From Malacoraja senta (Eukaryota), in contig CM075992.1 of NCBI GenBank assembly GCA_038087875.1, positions 7,814,001 to 7,878,000 on the forward strand: DNA of 64,000 nt, written 5' to 3'. The notes beneath the pieces are model-generated. The model had not been told where the DNA came from. It was given only the letters and a program-made list of their open reading frames with translations, and did not search any database. A program made the position numbers and the translations under genes. Shown here one piece after another: positions 23,200 through 34,925 of the stretch (its first letter is position 1; the number at the start of each line of letters is the position of its first letter).

Positions 23200-24098
23200 A
23201 GGGGGGTTGCACGTAAGGTCACCGGGTCATAGGGCTTGACGCACGGAGCCGCTCAATCCATCTGGAGGACATCCGTCACTTCCGGTATATGTTATTAATA
23301 CAAGAAACGCGTACTTTCCTACCTGTTAAAAACTGCCAAAATGTTGGATTTTTTCGCTGTAAAAAATTATGGAAGTCGGGGTAAGTGTGAGAGACATGTA
23401 CTCAACTTCAGAATTCCAAAAGTGAAGCGAAATGAAGGTAAAGAGAAGCGAGTGCTGGAGGGACAACAGCAGCTAAACTGCTTGGCGAACATTGGCCGTG
23501 CAGATATCGGAATTGGAAATATTGGGAATTATCGCGTTTGCTCACTGCATTTCATCAACAGTAAGGCATTATTTGTGTTTTTTCTTGATTCCTTTGGTTT
23601 CTAAGAAGTCTCAGAAGTGATAAATCTGGCTGTAAATTTTGCTTCAGAGGCGTTTTCTTTTTGTATGTAAAAACCCACGAGAACCATGGGCGATTTTAAC
23701 ATTTTACAGCCAGATTTATCACTTCTGAAACTTTTTAGATGCCAAAGGAATCAAGAAAAAAACACAAATAATGCCTTTCTGTTGATGAAATGCAGTAAGC
23801 AAACGGTCAAGGTACGCCAAGCACTTTGGCTGTTGTTGTCCCTTCAGCTCTCGCTTCTATCTACCGTCATTTCTACTCACTTTTGGAATTCTGAAGTAGG
23901 CTAAATGTCTCACGCTTATCCCGATTTCCATAATTATTTACAGCGCAAAAATTAACAATTTCGGCGGGTTTTAACGGGCCCGCTACACTGGAAACAATGG
24001 TAAGTGCTTGCCTTCAGTTCATCGCGTGTACTCCACTTGGCGTAGCGTAGCAACAGCACGGGTCATGGGTCGTGACCCGACTGCCGTGAAACCTCCCT
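23200..24098. mobile_element. Non-autonomous DNA transposon with inverted THAP-domain remnants (ISL2EU/Harbinger group, inferred)
   Basis: AT|AGGGGGGTTGCACG...CGTGAAACCTCCCT|AT ends; internal inverted arms about 23322-23638 and 23702-23978. Confidence 0.75.
23341..23560 (+). pseudogene. Decayed THAP zinc-finger first exon of a transposase
   Basis: MLDFFAVKNY...FRIPKV...LANIGRAD...YRVCSLHF then GTAAG donor; first two Cys and the Trp are lost. Confidence 0.7.
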
Positions 24099-24360
24099 AT
24101 ACAAGTCTACAGTAAACAAGTCTATAAATCCCTAAAGGTGCAGCAGAGGTAGATAGCATACACGAAGCTGCCCTTTAATAGCCATGCGATGAAAGGATAG
24201 AGAGGTCATGGTACAACCTTATAAACGGTAATTAAACTACAGCAGGAGTTTTGTGCACAATTTGAGTTATCACACTATAGGAAAGACATAAATGCACTTG
24301 AAACACCATTCTTTAAATAGTCACATACAAAAAGTGGTGGAAAATGGGCTTAGTGTATAG

Positions 24361-24794
24361 GTCTTCTCCGTGGATTGTCACCTTGTCGTGGTGGAGAAGC
24401 TTGTGTGGTCCTGAGATCCTGAGAGCGATGGTGCCAGGAGCTACGCTCCTGGTAGGGCCACCCATGGCGGTACGGTCGAGGGGGAGGTTTCTGACAAAGA
24501 GCAATCCAACCAAGACCTCAACAGTGGAACAAGCGGAGGACGATGGCTGACCTTAGTGGAGCATTACGACGGGTGGGAAGGCGGATGAAGGCTGCAGCAG
24601 AAAAGGGTCTCCAGTCGTCTTGGACTCCATTCCACTGGATCCTGACCCAGATCTGTCAAGGACCGTGGGGTGGCTGTCTGTGCACCAGTCACCCCGTGTT
24701 AAACAAAGTCACGCACAGGTGTCCTCCATGTAGGGAATAGCACCCTGGAGACACCCGTGGTCAGCCATGACCGAAGGGGGCTGAAGAAGATAAG
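24361..24794 (+). mobile_element. RTE (Rex3/BovB-like) 5'UTR-derived non-autonomous element
   Basis: CCTTGTCGTGGTGGAG...CCTGGTAGGGCCACCC...TTCTGACAAAGAG resembles RTE 5' UTRs; GAAGAAGA tail; no ORF. Confidence 0.6.
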
Positions 24795-24879
24795 TAGTTG
24801 ACAGTCAGTATGGACATGCTGGCTGAAAGGTCTGTCTGTGCTGTACAACGTTTTGACCCATTTCTCTGTAATTTATTCT

Positions 24880-25095
24880 CTCACATAATCATCATTCTCC
24901 TGCCACCGATGTACGCTAGGAATAATTTACAGCTCCCAATTAACCCATCACATCTTTGGAAGATGGGAGGACACTGGAGCCCCCGAGAGAAATGGAGAAC
25001 ACGTTGATTTCATGTGGATAGCATCCTAGGTCAGGATCAAATCTGAGTGTCTGAAGTTATTAGGCAACAGTACTAACTGTCGCACATTGTGCGCC
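24880..25095 (-). mobile_element. Degenerate HE1-like SINE
   Basis: Diverged match to the 16262 copy. Confidence 0.5.
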
Positions 25096-25639
25096 TATAA
25101 GAATATTAGCACCATAAAAGAGCGAACAACAATAAACATAATAACTGAATGACTGACTGGGGTTCACTGGCAATTTATAAAACAATGTATAATAAAAGTG
25201 ACCGTCAAGAAAATCAATGAATTGGGCAAGCGAAAAAAAAAGTTTTACAAAGAAACCAAGATCAAAATTGTTCAAAACATTAAAGCCAGGGTCTGCAAAC
25301 AAATAAATGTGATATTTTTGTAATTGAGCTAAAAAGGGTATTGTTTACTACTCAGACATCTACAAATAGAAGGTACATACAACATCTCAGCTTTAATGTT
25401 TCAGGTAAATGGTCATTAAATATAAAATAACTTAATCGCAAGACAGAGTAACTTGTCTGGCACACTGTACTGTAATTTCTGACCACAGTTCATCATGCTC
25501 TGTAGGTAAAACTGCAACTGTTACATTTCAGCAAGGCAGTAGATGCCCAGAGTCTAACTCACTCCATAACCCAGAGGTCACCATCCATCACCAAACTACA
25601 CACCAACTGATTTATCCACACAACTACCTTTCACGTTGT

Positions 25640-25815
25640 ATGCAAAATGCTGGAGTAACTCAACTGATTACGCAACATCTCTGGAGGACATGTATATGCA
25701 ATATTTTGTGTCGGGACCCTCCTTCAGACCAAAGGAGGGGGGGAGAAGGCTGGAAAAGAGATGCGAGGGTGGGACAAAGCCTGGCAAGTGATAGGTGGAT
25801 ACAGGTGAGGGGGCT
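25640..25815 (-). mobile_element. Penelope-like 3' region with decayed hammerhead motif
   Basis: AAAATGCTGGAGTAACTCA...GGGACCCTCCTTCAGAC followed by a purine-rich tract. Confidence 0.65.
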
Positions 25816-26783
25816 AGCAGAAATACCTATGTTCTGTTTTGGCAATGTAACTCTTACTACCAAACCTTCCAACGTTCCTCATCATTTGGTAGTGGTAATA
25901 CATGACATATTTACATCAGGTTTGGAGAGGTGATGACATTCTGCTTGCTTAAAGTTTGTCCCCAAAGAGGACAATGGTCCTGTTGTTGCTTTGTCCTATG
26001 TAGCAATTCTATCCCACAATGAGATGTCATTGCATAATTGTGTAAGCTTTATCACACCTTAAAAAAATGATTGTTTGTAATACTGATCCATAATTATCAC
26101 AGTAACCTAATTACTGTGGTTTTTCAACCGATTTGATGAACTGTGTAGAGGCCATAATCATGCGACATTTTATTGATCTATGATAGCAACTTGTGCTTGT
26201 ATCTCATTACGATCATTATAGCGATGTATTAATTGCTTCATTCTATGTTTCAGATATCAACTGGAAGGCGTCAAATTGATGTGATGCTGAATTAGTTCAT
26301 TTGAAAAAGGCCTTCACAGTTTATATTCATTCATTGATAATAAATATCTCCCACTGTTTCTGTCTTTGGCAGATGATACACCCCCTTCTACTTTTCAACT
26401 GGGTATAAGCAGTGATAATTTCCACAACATAATATACATAACAAAGGAATAACAGTGGAAACTCACTTTGTCCATAAACATGTTTCACGTTCCCAGGGTT
26501 ATGAGGGGTTAATACGTTTTCTGTAACATTAGGTGCTTATCATAAGAACATGCCACTGGCTGAACTCCAGAAATATTAATTTGCTCATTTTATCAGGATG
26601 GAGATCTGCAAAAGTATCATGTTAAAACCCAATACAAACACAACCAATTTGAACCGACCCAACCCGTGTATGAGGCTGTTAATTTTTTTGATACTTGATC
26701 AGAATCCAACACTCACAGTCAAGTATTCAGACTCAGGTCAGAAGACCAAGCTCTACTCAGGAATATCTCAGTACTACAGTTAA

Positions 26784-27435
26784 AGCTCTGTCTCACGGTG
26801 TTGCGGTCATCGGCGGTGAAGCGCGGCTTCGCCTGTAGAGGGGACCGCACAGCAACGGCGAGAGCGCCGAGCCTATGCCACGGGAGCGCCGCACGGGTGC
26901 CGAGTGATTTAAATACGGCTGGTCCCACGAGCTTGCGGTAAGTAAAAAAAAAGGGCGGGCCGACTGCGATGACGTCATTTTGGATCTGCGGGGCTGTGGC
27001 GGCGGCCGTGCTGATCGCGGCGCTGTAGCGGTGGCTGTGGCGGCGGCCATGCCGCACACGTGACTCACACGTGACTCACTAGCGGCGGCTGTGGCGGCGG
27101 CTGTGCTGAACGCGGCGCTGTAGCGGTGGCTGTGGCGGCGGCCATGCCGCACACGTGCCTCACTGGCGGAGGCTGTGGCGGTGCAAGTTCGACACACGGC
27201 GCTCGTGCCACACTGGCGGCGGCTGTGCCGCACTCATGCCTCACTGGCGGAGGCTGTGCGGTAGGGACATATTTTTGAACAGTGTTGGTTTTATTTTAGC
27301 ACCGTGCGGTGTTGGGAACAACACCGCACGGCCCCGGAATTGTGCGTTTGACCGAGTGCGTGGTCTATGGCGGCCCAGGAGCGGTAGATTCTTCCTGTTT
27401 CGCCGCCAATGACCACAGACTCGTGAGACAGGCCT
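26784..27435. mobile_element. PIF/Harbinger-like non-autonomous element with internal GC-rich tandem repeats
   Basis: AGCTCTGTCTCACG / CGTGAGACAGGCCT termini; repeated GGCTGTGGCGGCGGCC units. Confidence 0.7.
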
Positions 27436-28791
27436 TTTACTTTCATTGCTGTGGTTGTTTAAATCAAAAATAGAATTAGTATCATTTTGCATATATTGCA
27501 ACCGTAAGGGGAACTGACACAATAAATAGAAGTTAAAGCTATTCTGACTTTTTGACCAATAAATAAGATCAGTACCATTTCCCTGATGATCCCCATGTCT
27601 TGTATTCTCTTACAAATACATTGAATTTTCCTATATATAAACAGCTGAGCCCCTACAGCTTTCCTGCGCAGAAAATTCCAAAGACCCTCTGGACGAAATA
27701 ATTTCTTCTCAACTGAGGTCTGAATGGTCGATCGTTTATTTTAAGATTTATGAGCCCTTGGTTCAAAACACCTCAGGAAAAACATCATCCTTGCATCTGC
27801 TCTGTCAAGCCCCATAAGAAGCTTATGTTTAAATACCCAATTACTTTATAATTATGCCTCAGATCATATAATAGATGAACAGAATTACATTAGTGATACA
27901 GCAAACCAGACATTTATAAACACACAGTGTACCCATATAATATAACAAGCATTATCTGTTGGCACAAAAATTGAAAACAAGATGATTGGGGCACTAGGTC
28001 AAAGTGTAAACATTCAAATAATTCTCCGCTCAGTTTCGGAAGCAGTACTCTGTTTGCTTGTATGTTCCAAGTGTCAATCAGCAGACCATCTTCCATTTTG
28101 ATGCTCCCTCCCCCATTTCTACCACGATCCAATCGATACGGTGCAGTGTCACCATAGTGACAGCACAACAAAATACTACATCAAATCTCGGAGGTGTCAC
28201 CCCACCAGGAAAAAAAACCTCGTCAGTCAGAGCCTCGCTACAGCAAAAAGCAGGTTTATAAAGTGTATACAAGTCCCAGCAGCAAGTGGATGTCCTTGGC
28301 CAGTTCTACAGTGGCGGTAGCTTCCAACACATCACTGTGAATTTGCAGAGGTCTTGCTTCTGGTTTTAACCGAGATAAAAACAATTTAACAGCAAAACTG
28401 GAAAGGCAATATAATACAAGCAAATCTTTGAACATTTCTGTCTTAGTTGATATACACCCAGACAACTCATCCTGACCAGAGATTGAGGATTTAATTCTTT
28501 TTTTTCGCACCTGATCCCAAGACACGCATGATTGTGTATCAGGATTAGATCAGGTTAGTTCGCCAGGTTCAAGATATGCAGATACTCCATTCTGTGTTCT
28601 AAAGCTGAAAGAGATAGGCTGTTTGAACACCCAGAAAAAAGTTTGATGAAGTCATTACAAGAAAGTATCTATAGCTACTATTAGATTCCAATCTGGAACA
28701 GAAATAAATAAAGCTGCAAGTACTTATATGATACTGATATTTAAATATTTAGTCTTCTGAAATTATCACACCTTATAGAATGATATTGTAA

Positions 28792-29514
28792 TGGGCTTGT
28801 CCCATTTATGCGATTTTACAGTCGCCTGAAAAACTGGCAACTGGAACGGTGACTGTCAGAGTGGAACACACACAAACACATCGCTTCCTTCACCAGCCCG
28901 GGGGACAGGGCATGCGGGGAAGCACTGTCTGAGTGAAATTCCCACGGTGCAAAGCCAAGGTGATACAGACACACAGCAGAACAGGAAGGTTGGCGCTGTA
29001 ATTAAGACGGCTAGGTAAGTCCTTTAAAAGAAGGGGTGAGGGGGGGGAGGAGAAGGAGGGTGAAGGACGGAGAAGGAGTGGAGACAACTTTTAAGAAGTC
29101 AGAGAAACACGGCTGTGAAGCTCGTCGGATTTAACATTACCGGTCGGTTATCCTTGGGTCTGAAAACTACTGCTTACGTTTTTTTCCCCCAATGAGCCAA
29201 TGAAATTCACCGGTCAGCACCGGTTACAACCTACGAGAACCTTCAAGAACTTTCGACCTCCTGGCGACCCACCTACGGCACGAGAATTCTCGGTACTCTC
29301 CATGGCGGCTTCATTCTAGTCGCCGCTAGTTTTTCAACATGTTGAAAAATTTGCGGTGACCATAATGAGGCCGCGACTAGTTCCCAGAATGCGGGAATTC
29401 CTCGCGACCATGAAGGCGACTACCCGGCAACTACCCACGAACATGTGGCGACCATGTGGCGACTGCATAGTTTCCTGCAGTCGCCTAAAAAGTCACCTAA
29501 GTGGGACAGGCCCA
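28792..29514. mobile_element. PIF/Harbinger-like non-autonomous element
   Basis: TGGGCTTGTCCCA / TGGGACAGGCCCA termini; TAA/TTA flanks. Confidence 0.8.
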
Positions 29515-30426
29515 TTACTAAACATTTCCACAGTCTTCAAATGCACAAAAAATAAATTCATCCAGCTTTGCCACTTTTCTCTTAGTAACCTTTATATGCT
29601 CCGGGCTCATTCCTAGTCAACAGGCAGGCAAGGCAGACAACCATGCGCTTACTGTTCTGCCAAGACAACAAAAAGTTATTTTAAATGTGTACTCCTGTTC
29701 AGTCATCAGCAAGTCTTTCTGCAATTAACACATGATCCATATTTTTTTTAAATGAAGCACTATAAATGTTTAACTACTTCAACTAACACATATTTATTGA
29801 GGTTATATTCATGTTAGGTCTGTGCAGCCTTATTTTTATGACAGCTTTCAAATTGGCACGCACAGCTGTGAGGTCAGCATCCAGAGAATATGTTTAATTA
29901 CACATTTGCATTGGAGTTATTAGAGGCAACAGTTCAACAAAGTTAATAGCAAATTAGAAACATAAACAAAATAGGGTTTTGCACCACCAGAGTAACCAAT
30001 CTTTTTTCATCCATAATTCTAACAGCTGCAAAAGTGCAGAAGCAGTTCTGTTTTTGATCAGTCCTGGCAGCTGAATGTCTGAAAAATTCATGGGGCATTC
30101 AAAGCTATTCTCCGTTGACCTTGACAGCCATCACGCCCCATACTTTTAAAATGGCTATTCTATTCTAAACACTGCTGTTATACAAGTATCCTGACATGAA
30201 TCAATATTACTGCATAATAAACATTTTACTTTGGAAAACTATAAACACAATAAATCATCCTGCTGTCAACTAAAGAGACGAAAACTCTTCCGAATTCTTT
30301 CATGAGAAAAGAATGAACTTGTATTTATCAGCACCATAGCATACGTGCAATACATCGACAACACTTTGCCATCAAAAAAATTATGTTGTTTATCCACTGT
30401 TATAACAACTAATTTGTGCACAGTAA

Positions 30427-30963
30427 TGGGCCTGTCCCACTTACGCGATTTTTCTCGGCGACTGCCGGCACCCGTCATAGGTCGTGTGCAGGTCGGCGAA
30501 AATGTTCAACATGTTGAAAATCCAGCGGCGACCAGAAAGACGCTACGACTCTTTGGGCGACTGAGGAGACGACTCACGACCATACAGGGCGACTCCCTGG
30601 CAATATATTTTATATTTACATTATCCTTGAATAAATAACAGGTTTAATAGTGTAGACTATAATAGGAGCTACTTTCTCCTCTGAAAGATTAGTTCAGTTC
30701 AACACGATTCTTGATTAGAAGGTTCTGAGTTCATGAACTAATCTTAGACATTGGTTCACTGCAGTAATGATGATATGTTGTATTGATGTTAAACCTGGCG
30801 GGTGAAGCCTGTATGGTCGTGAGCAGTCGCCCAAAGAGTCGTACCTTGTTCTGGTCGCCGCTGGATTTTCAACATGTTGAAAATTTTTCGGCGACCTGCA
30901 ACGACCTATGGACGGGGGGCCGGCAGTCACCGAAAAAATTTGCGTAAAAGTGGGACAGGCCCA
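30427..30963. mobile_element. Palindromic PIF/Harbinger-like MITE carrying a captured host segment
   Basis: TGGGCCTGTCCCACTT TIRs, TAA TSD; apex contains insert 30602-30795. Confidence 0.9.
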
Positions 30964-31552
30964 TAAAGCTCTCCAAACCAAACATAAATGCAAAAACTGC
31001 AGATATTAGAAATCCGAAATCAAAACAAAAAATGCTGAATGTACAAGAGACTTACAGTTGCTGGAATCTGGAACCAAAAATAAATTGCTGGAGGAACTCA
31101 AATATCAGACAGCATCTTTGCAGAGAGAAATAATGTTCTGTTGGAAGGTCATTAACTTACATTAACTTTGTTTTTCTCTCCAGAGTTCTGCCTGACCTGC
31201 TGAGCATCTCCACGTGCCTTTGATTCTTATTTCATATTAGAATAATACCTTGCTTTTGATGCTGCTGATTGAGGAAGTATTGTTGGCTGGCCTAAAGGCC
31301 AGGAAGGAGAGTGGACGGAAAGTTCTACCTGATCTTAAGAACAGGTAGACTGGCCTTGGTTTAACATCAATACAACATATCATCATTACTGCAGTGAACC
31401 AATGTCTAAGATTAGTTCATGAACTCAGAACCTTCTAAATCAAGAATCGTGTTGAACTGAACTAATCTTTCAGAGGAGAAAGTAGCTCCTATTATAGTCT
31501 ACACTATTAAACCTGTTATTTATTCAAGGATAATGTAAATATAAAATATATT
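30602..31552. repeat. Inverted duplication: 30602-30795 equals reverse complement of 31358-31552
   Basis: Direct comparison shows only one 1-nt indel. Confidence 0.95.
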
Positions 31553-31933
31553 TTTTACCAAGAACGTGATAATGAATAAATATGATATTGCTATGATAGT
31601 ATAACCAAAAAAATCTGACAGTGCAACAAAAAAAATCTAGGAAGATGAATAAAACCTTGAATTTAAAGTACTTGACTTTGAACTCTTTTGTGTACCAAAA
31701 TATAAAAACCATTGATTTGTCTATTTAGTGATAGTAGTGATGTAGTGTAGTGATACTGTGATAGGTTCTGCATTCAATGGAAATTTGTTTTTAACTGACA
31801 TTTAAACTTTTCATGAAAATAATGAAATGTATAATTCTGCTGTGGAAATGTGTCTTGAGGAAAAGAAAAGTTAACATCAAAAGACAGAACAATACATTTT
31901 GTAGCACAAAGGGAAAATTGGACTGATTTAAGA

Positions 31934-32280
31934 TTGAAGAAGAGTCTTAACCCAAAACATCACCTATTCTTTTTCTCTGCCTCAGAGGGCGATGGAGGCC
32001 GGTTCTCTGGATACTTTCAAGAGAGAGCTAGATAGCGTTCTTAAAGATAGGGGATATGGGGAGAAGGCAGGAACGGGGTACTGATTGGGGATGATCACCA
32101 TGATCAGCCATGATCACATTGAATGGCAGTGCTGGCTTGAAGGGCCGAATGGTCTACTCCTGCACCTATTGTCTATTGTCTCTATTGTCTATTGTCAGAG
32201 ACGCTGCCTGATCCGCTGAGTTACTCCAGCATTTTGTATCTATCTTCAGTGTAAACCAGCATCAGCAGTTCCCTTCCCAC
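31934..32280 (+). mobile_element. Penelope-like end split by a CR1 3' end (about 31977-32195)
   Basis: Penelope sequence resumes after the (CTATTGT)n CR1 tail. Confidence 0.75.
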
Positions 32281-32294
32281 ACAATCCCACACAA

Positions 32295-32928
32295 TCTCCC
32301 CGTCTGTCTGCTCCTGGGCCCGGTCCAGGCAGCAGGCAGTCGACGGCCGCACCGGGATCGACCGCCCGCCGCTCCTCCGGGCCCACACCCACGCATCCCC
32401 GGAAAGGGAACACGCGGTGTCACGGGGACCCGGAGGCCCTCCGTGAACGCTGGTCGCCGCAAGTCGAGCGGGCTGTTGATAAAGCTGGCGATACATCAAC
32501 TCGATGATCGCCTGCCTGCAAACTGTCAACATAGGCAGTCCCTGATTGTGTCAATACTCGCACTCGGCCGGCCGGCCGCAGTGCAGCGCAGTGCCCCGCC
32601 CCCCCCCCCAGATTCCCCCCTCCCCACCCCTCTCCCCCTCCATCTCCCTCCCTTCCTCTCCCCCCTTCACCCCATCTCTCCCCCTTCACCCTGTCTCTCC
32701 CCCCTCCTCTCCCTCCCCCTCTCCCCCTCCACCCCACCACTCTCCCTCCCTCCCACTCCCCCCTCTCTCCCCCCTCTGCCCCCCTCCACCCCTCTCCTCT
32801 CCCCCCACTACCCCCCTCCCTCCCCCCTGTGTGTGGGGGGTGGTTAGTGTGTGTGTGATGCCGCAGCCCACCCCCCCTGGCAACCGCGCATTGAGGGGAC
32901 AGGACACAACGGGTCCCCCTTGATCTAG
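32295..32928 (+). mobile_element. Probable non-autonomous Helitron with C/T low-complexity tract
   Basis: A|TC start; subterminal GGGGAC...GTCCCC hairpin; CTAG|T end; no TSD. Confidence 0.5.
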
Positions 32929-34096
32929 TTACATATAAATAAGAGAAAAGAAAAATCAGCCAGGCATGATTCCTTTTCATGACAAACTAGGTCAAGAACT
33001 AGCCAGTATTTGTCATTCAGGAATAACGGAAGTAAAGCTACATGGAAGTTCTTTTGAACTGTAAGTAAATTCAAACAGATTCCACCAGTGTGAGAATCAC
33101 AGCTTCCAGGAAAGGTTAGCAAAAGCAAAATTTAGAATGAAGATAGGCTGAGAATGGATGGAGGAGAAAGGTCCATCAGCTACCAGAAAAAGTGCCAGCA
33201 TTGTTCTCGGAAACAAATGCCACTGGGAAAAAGAACACTATATGAAGATTTCAAGTCAGCCTGCCTTCGTAAATATATTCACGCATGTCAGATTAGTACC
33301 CTCACGATGCAACAGAAAAATAGAATTTCTGATTAATAACCTTAAAACCTACGTTGTACTTTCACAATTTTATGCAAATTCTTGTTTTTTATTTTTAGAT
33401 GTTGATGAGTGGATGGCAACTATTAACAGTGCATTTTAGAGGTCAATAAAATTCAGTAGCAGATGGGCCAATTGAAAATAGCATGAATTAATTTTTTACT
33501 GTTTAATTCCTGTGTTTCATGACATCTCTTTAACCTTTCCTATCAATACAGGCCAAAACAATTACTTGAGCATAAAAAGCAAAGTAATTTAGCAAAGCAA
33601 TTGCATTTTACCAACTAAAGCAGCTGGAAAATTCCCATTCCACCCTCTAGAATTTTTTTTATATGTAAGAACGTTTAGTTTAGCAAGAAATCAATGTGCT
33701 AATAGGAAAATACATAGGTTTAAAATGATTTTTTAATAGATTCATTTGTTTATTGGACGTAAATATTCACAGAATGAAGAAATGTGAACAAATTGTCCGA
33801 GTTGTAGTTAAACAATTCACAATTATGTTGCATTTTCCTTTGCAGACTGCTTTTAATACAGCTTAGTGAACAAAGCAATCGGTCAGGTGTGTGCCATAAG
33901 GGAGATACCAGTAGATTAGAAATAGGCTGGAATTATAATTAATGTTCTTATTCAGTTGATGAGCTATTAAAGACCAATTAGTTTTACTTCATAATAGTAT
34001 AAAATAATCGAATTCATTATTAAGAGCAAACAACAATGCTGCAAAATCCATCTTATAGAAACACAAACCTAAGCAACTGTGCAACATTAAAATTTC

Positions 34097-34407
34097 GGGG
34101 CGGCACAGTGGTGAAGCTACTGTGTTGTTGCCTTTCAACGCCAGAGACCAGGGTTCGATACTGACTTGGGTGCTATCTGTACGGAGTTTGTATGTTCTCC
34201 CTGTGATCTGCGTGGGTTTTCTCTGAGATCTTCGGTTTCCTCTCACACTCCAAAGAAATACAGGTTTGTAGGTTATTTGACTTGGTATAAACATAAATTG
34301 TCCCAAGTGCGTGTGGGATAGTGCGAGTGTGCGGGAAACCCTGGTCGGTGCAGACTTGCTGGGCCGTAGGGCCTGTTTTGCGCTGTATCTCTAAACTAAA
34401 CTAAAAA
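34097..34407 (+). mobile_element. Full-length HE1-like V-SINE
   Basis: tRNA-like head with GGTTCGATACT B box, V domain, CR1-derived tail, (CTAAA)n. Confidence 0.9.
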
Positions 34408-34677
34408 GGTACAGCATGGAAATAGGCCCTGCAGTCCATGCCATCCATCAAGCTTTTCATACTAGGCCTACCTTTACTCAGCAGTAACAACTCAACCTAA
34501 TTGTGGCAGTTGAACATTATTCATTAAAACTTACAAAAAATACTCCACAGAAAATATTATTAATTAGACTCGGCAGCACAAAACTTTGGTTTACATTTTT
34601 TTTTAATGACTAATGGGTGTAGAAGGACAGGTTAGAAACGTAATATCACGGTGCAGTGATAATACTGGACTCTACTG

Positions 34678-34925
34678 GGAGTGAGTGCGGTCCTGACCTC
34701 CCATCTACCTCATTGGAGACCTTTAAACTATCCTTAATAGGACTTTATCAGGCTGCATTGTTATATCTTGAACTAAACGTTGTATCCTTTATCTGTGCAC
34801 TGTGGGTGGCTTGATTGTATTCATGTATAGTCTTTTCTTTGACTGGATTGCACGCAAACAAAAGCTTTTCACTGTACCTCGGTACACATGACAATAATGA
34901 ACCAAACTAAACTAAAACTAAACTA
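34678..34925 (+). mobile_element. Rex1/Babar-type 3' UTR fragment
   Basis: Matches the 3' UTR at 39580-39818; (CTAAA)n tail. Confidence 0.7.

Larger units (their letters stand above)
22880..24310 (+). mobile_element. Old CR1 LINE remnant interrupted by the THAP MITE
   Basis: Decayed KFADD, EE.RDLG and YRKD-like motifs on both sides of 23200-24098. Confidence 0.55.

Noticed and set aside
23341..23604. Functional host THAP gene
   Set aside because: Zinc-binding Cys residues and the conserved Trp are lost, and it lies inside a TIR element with TSD.
26793..27412. CpG-island promoter or Ala/Arg-rich ORFs (also 56766-57400)
   Set aside because: CpG richness is bounded by transposon TIRs; ORFs derive from internal repeats.
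32420..32980. Gly-rich and Pro-rich ORFs of 125-186 aa
   Set aside because: Translations of a low-complexity C/T tract.
34097..34170. tRNA-like A and B boxes (also 16390-16465)
   Set aside because: These are SINE heads continuing into V domain and LINE-derived tail; no cloverleaf.
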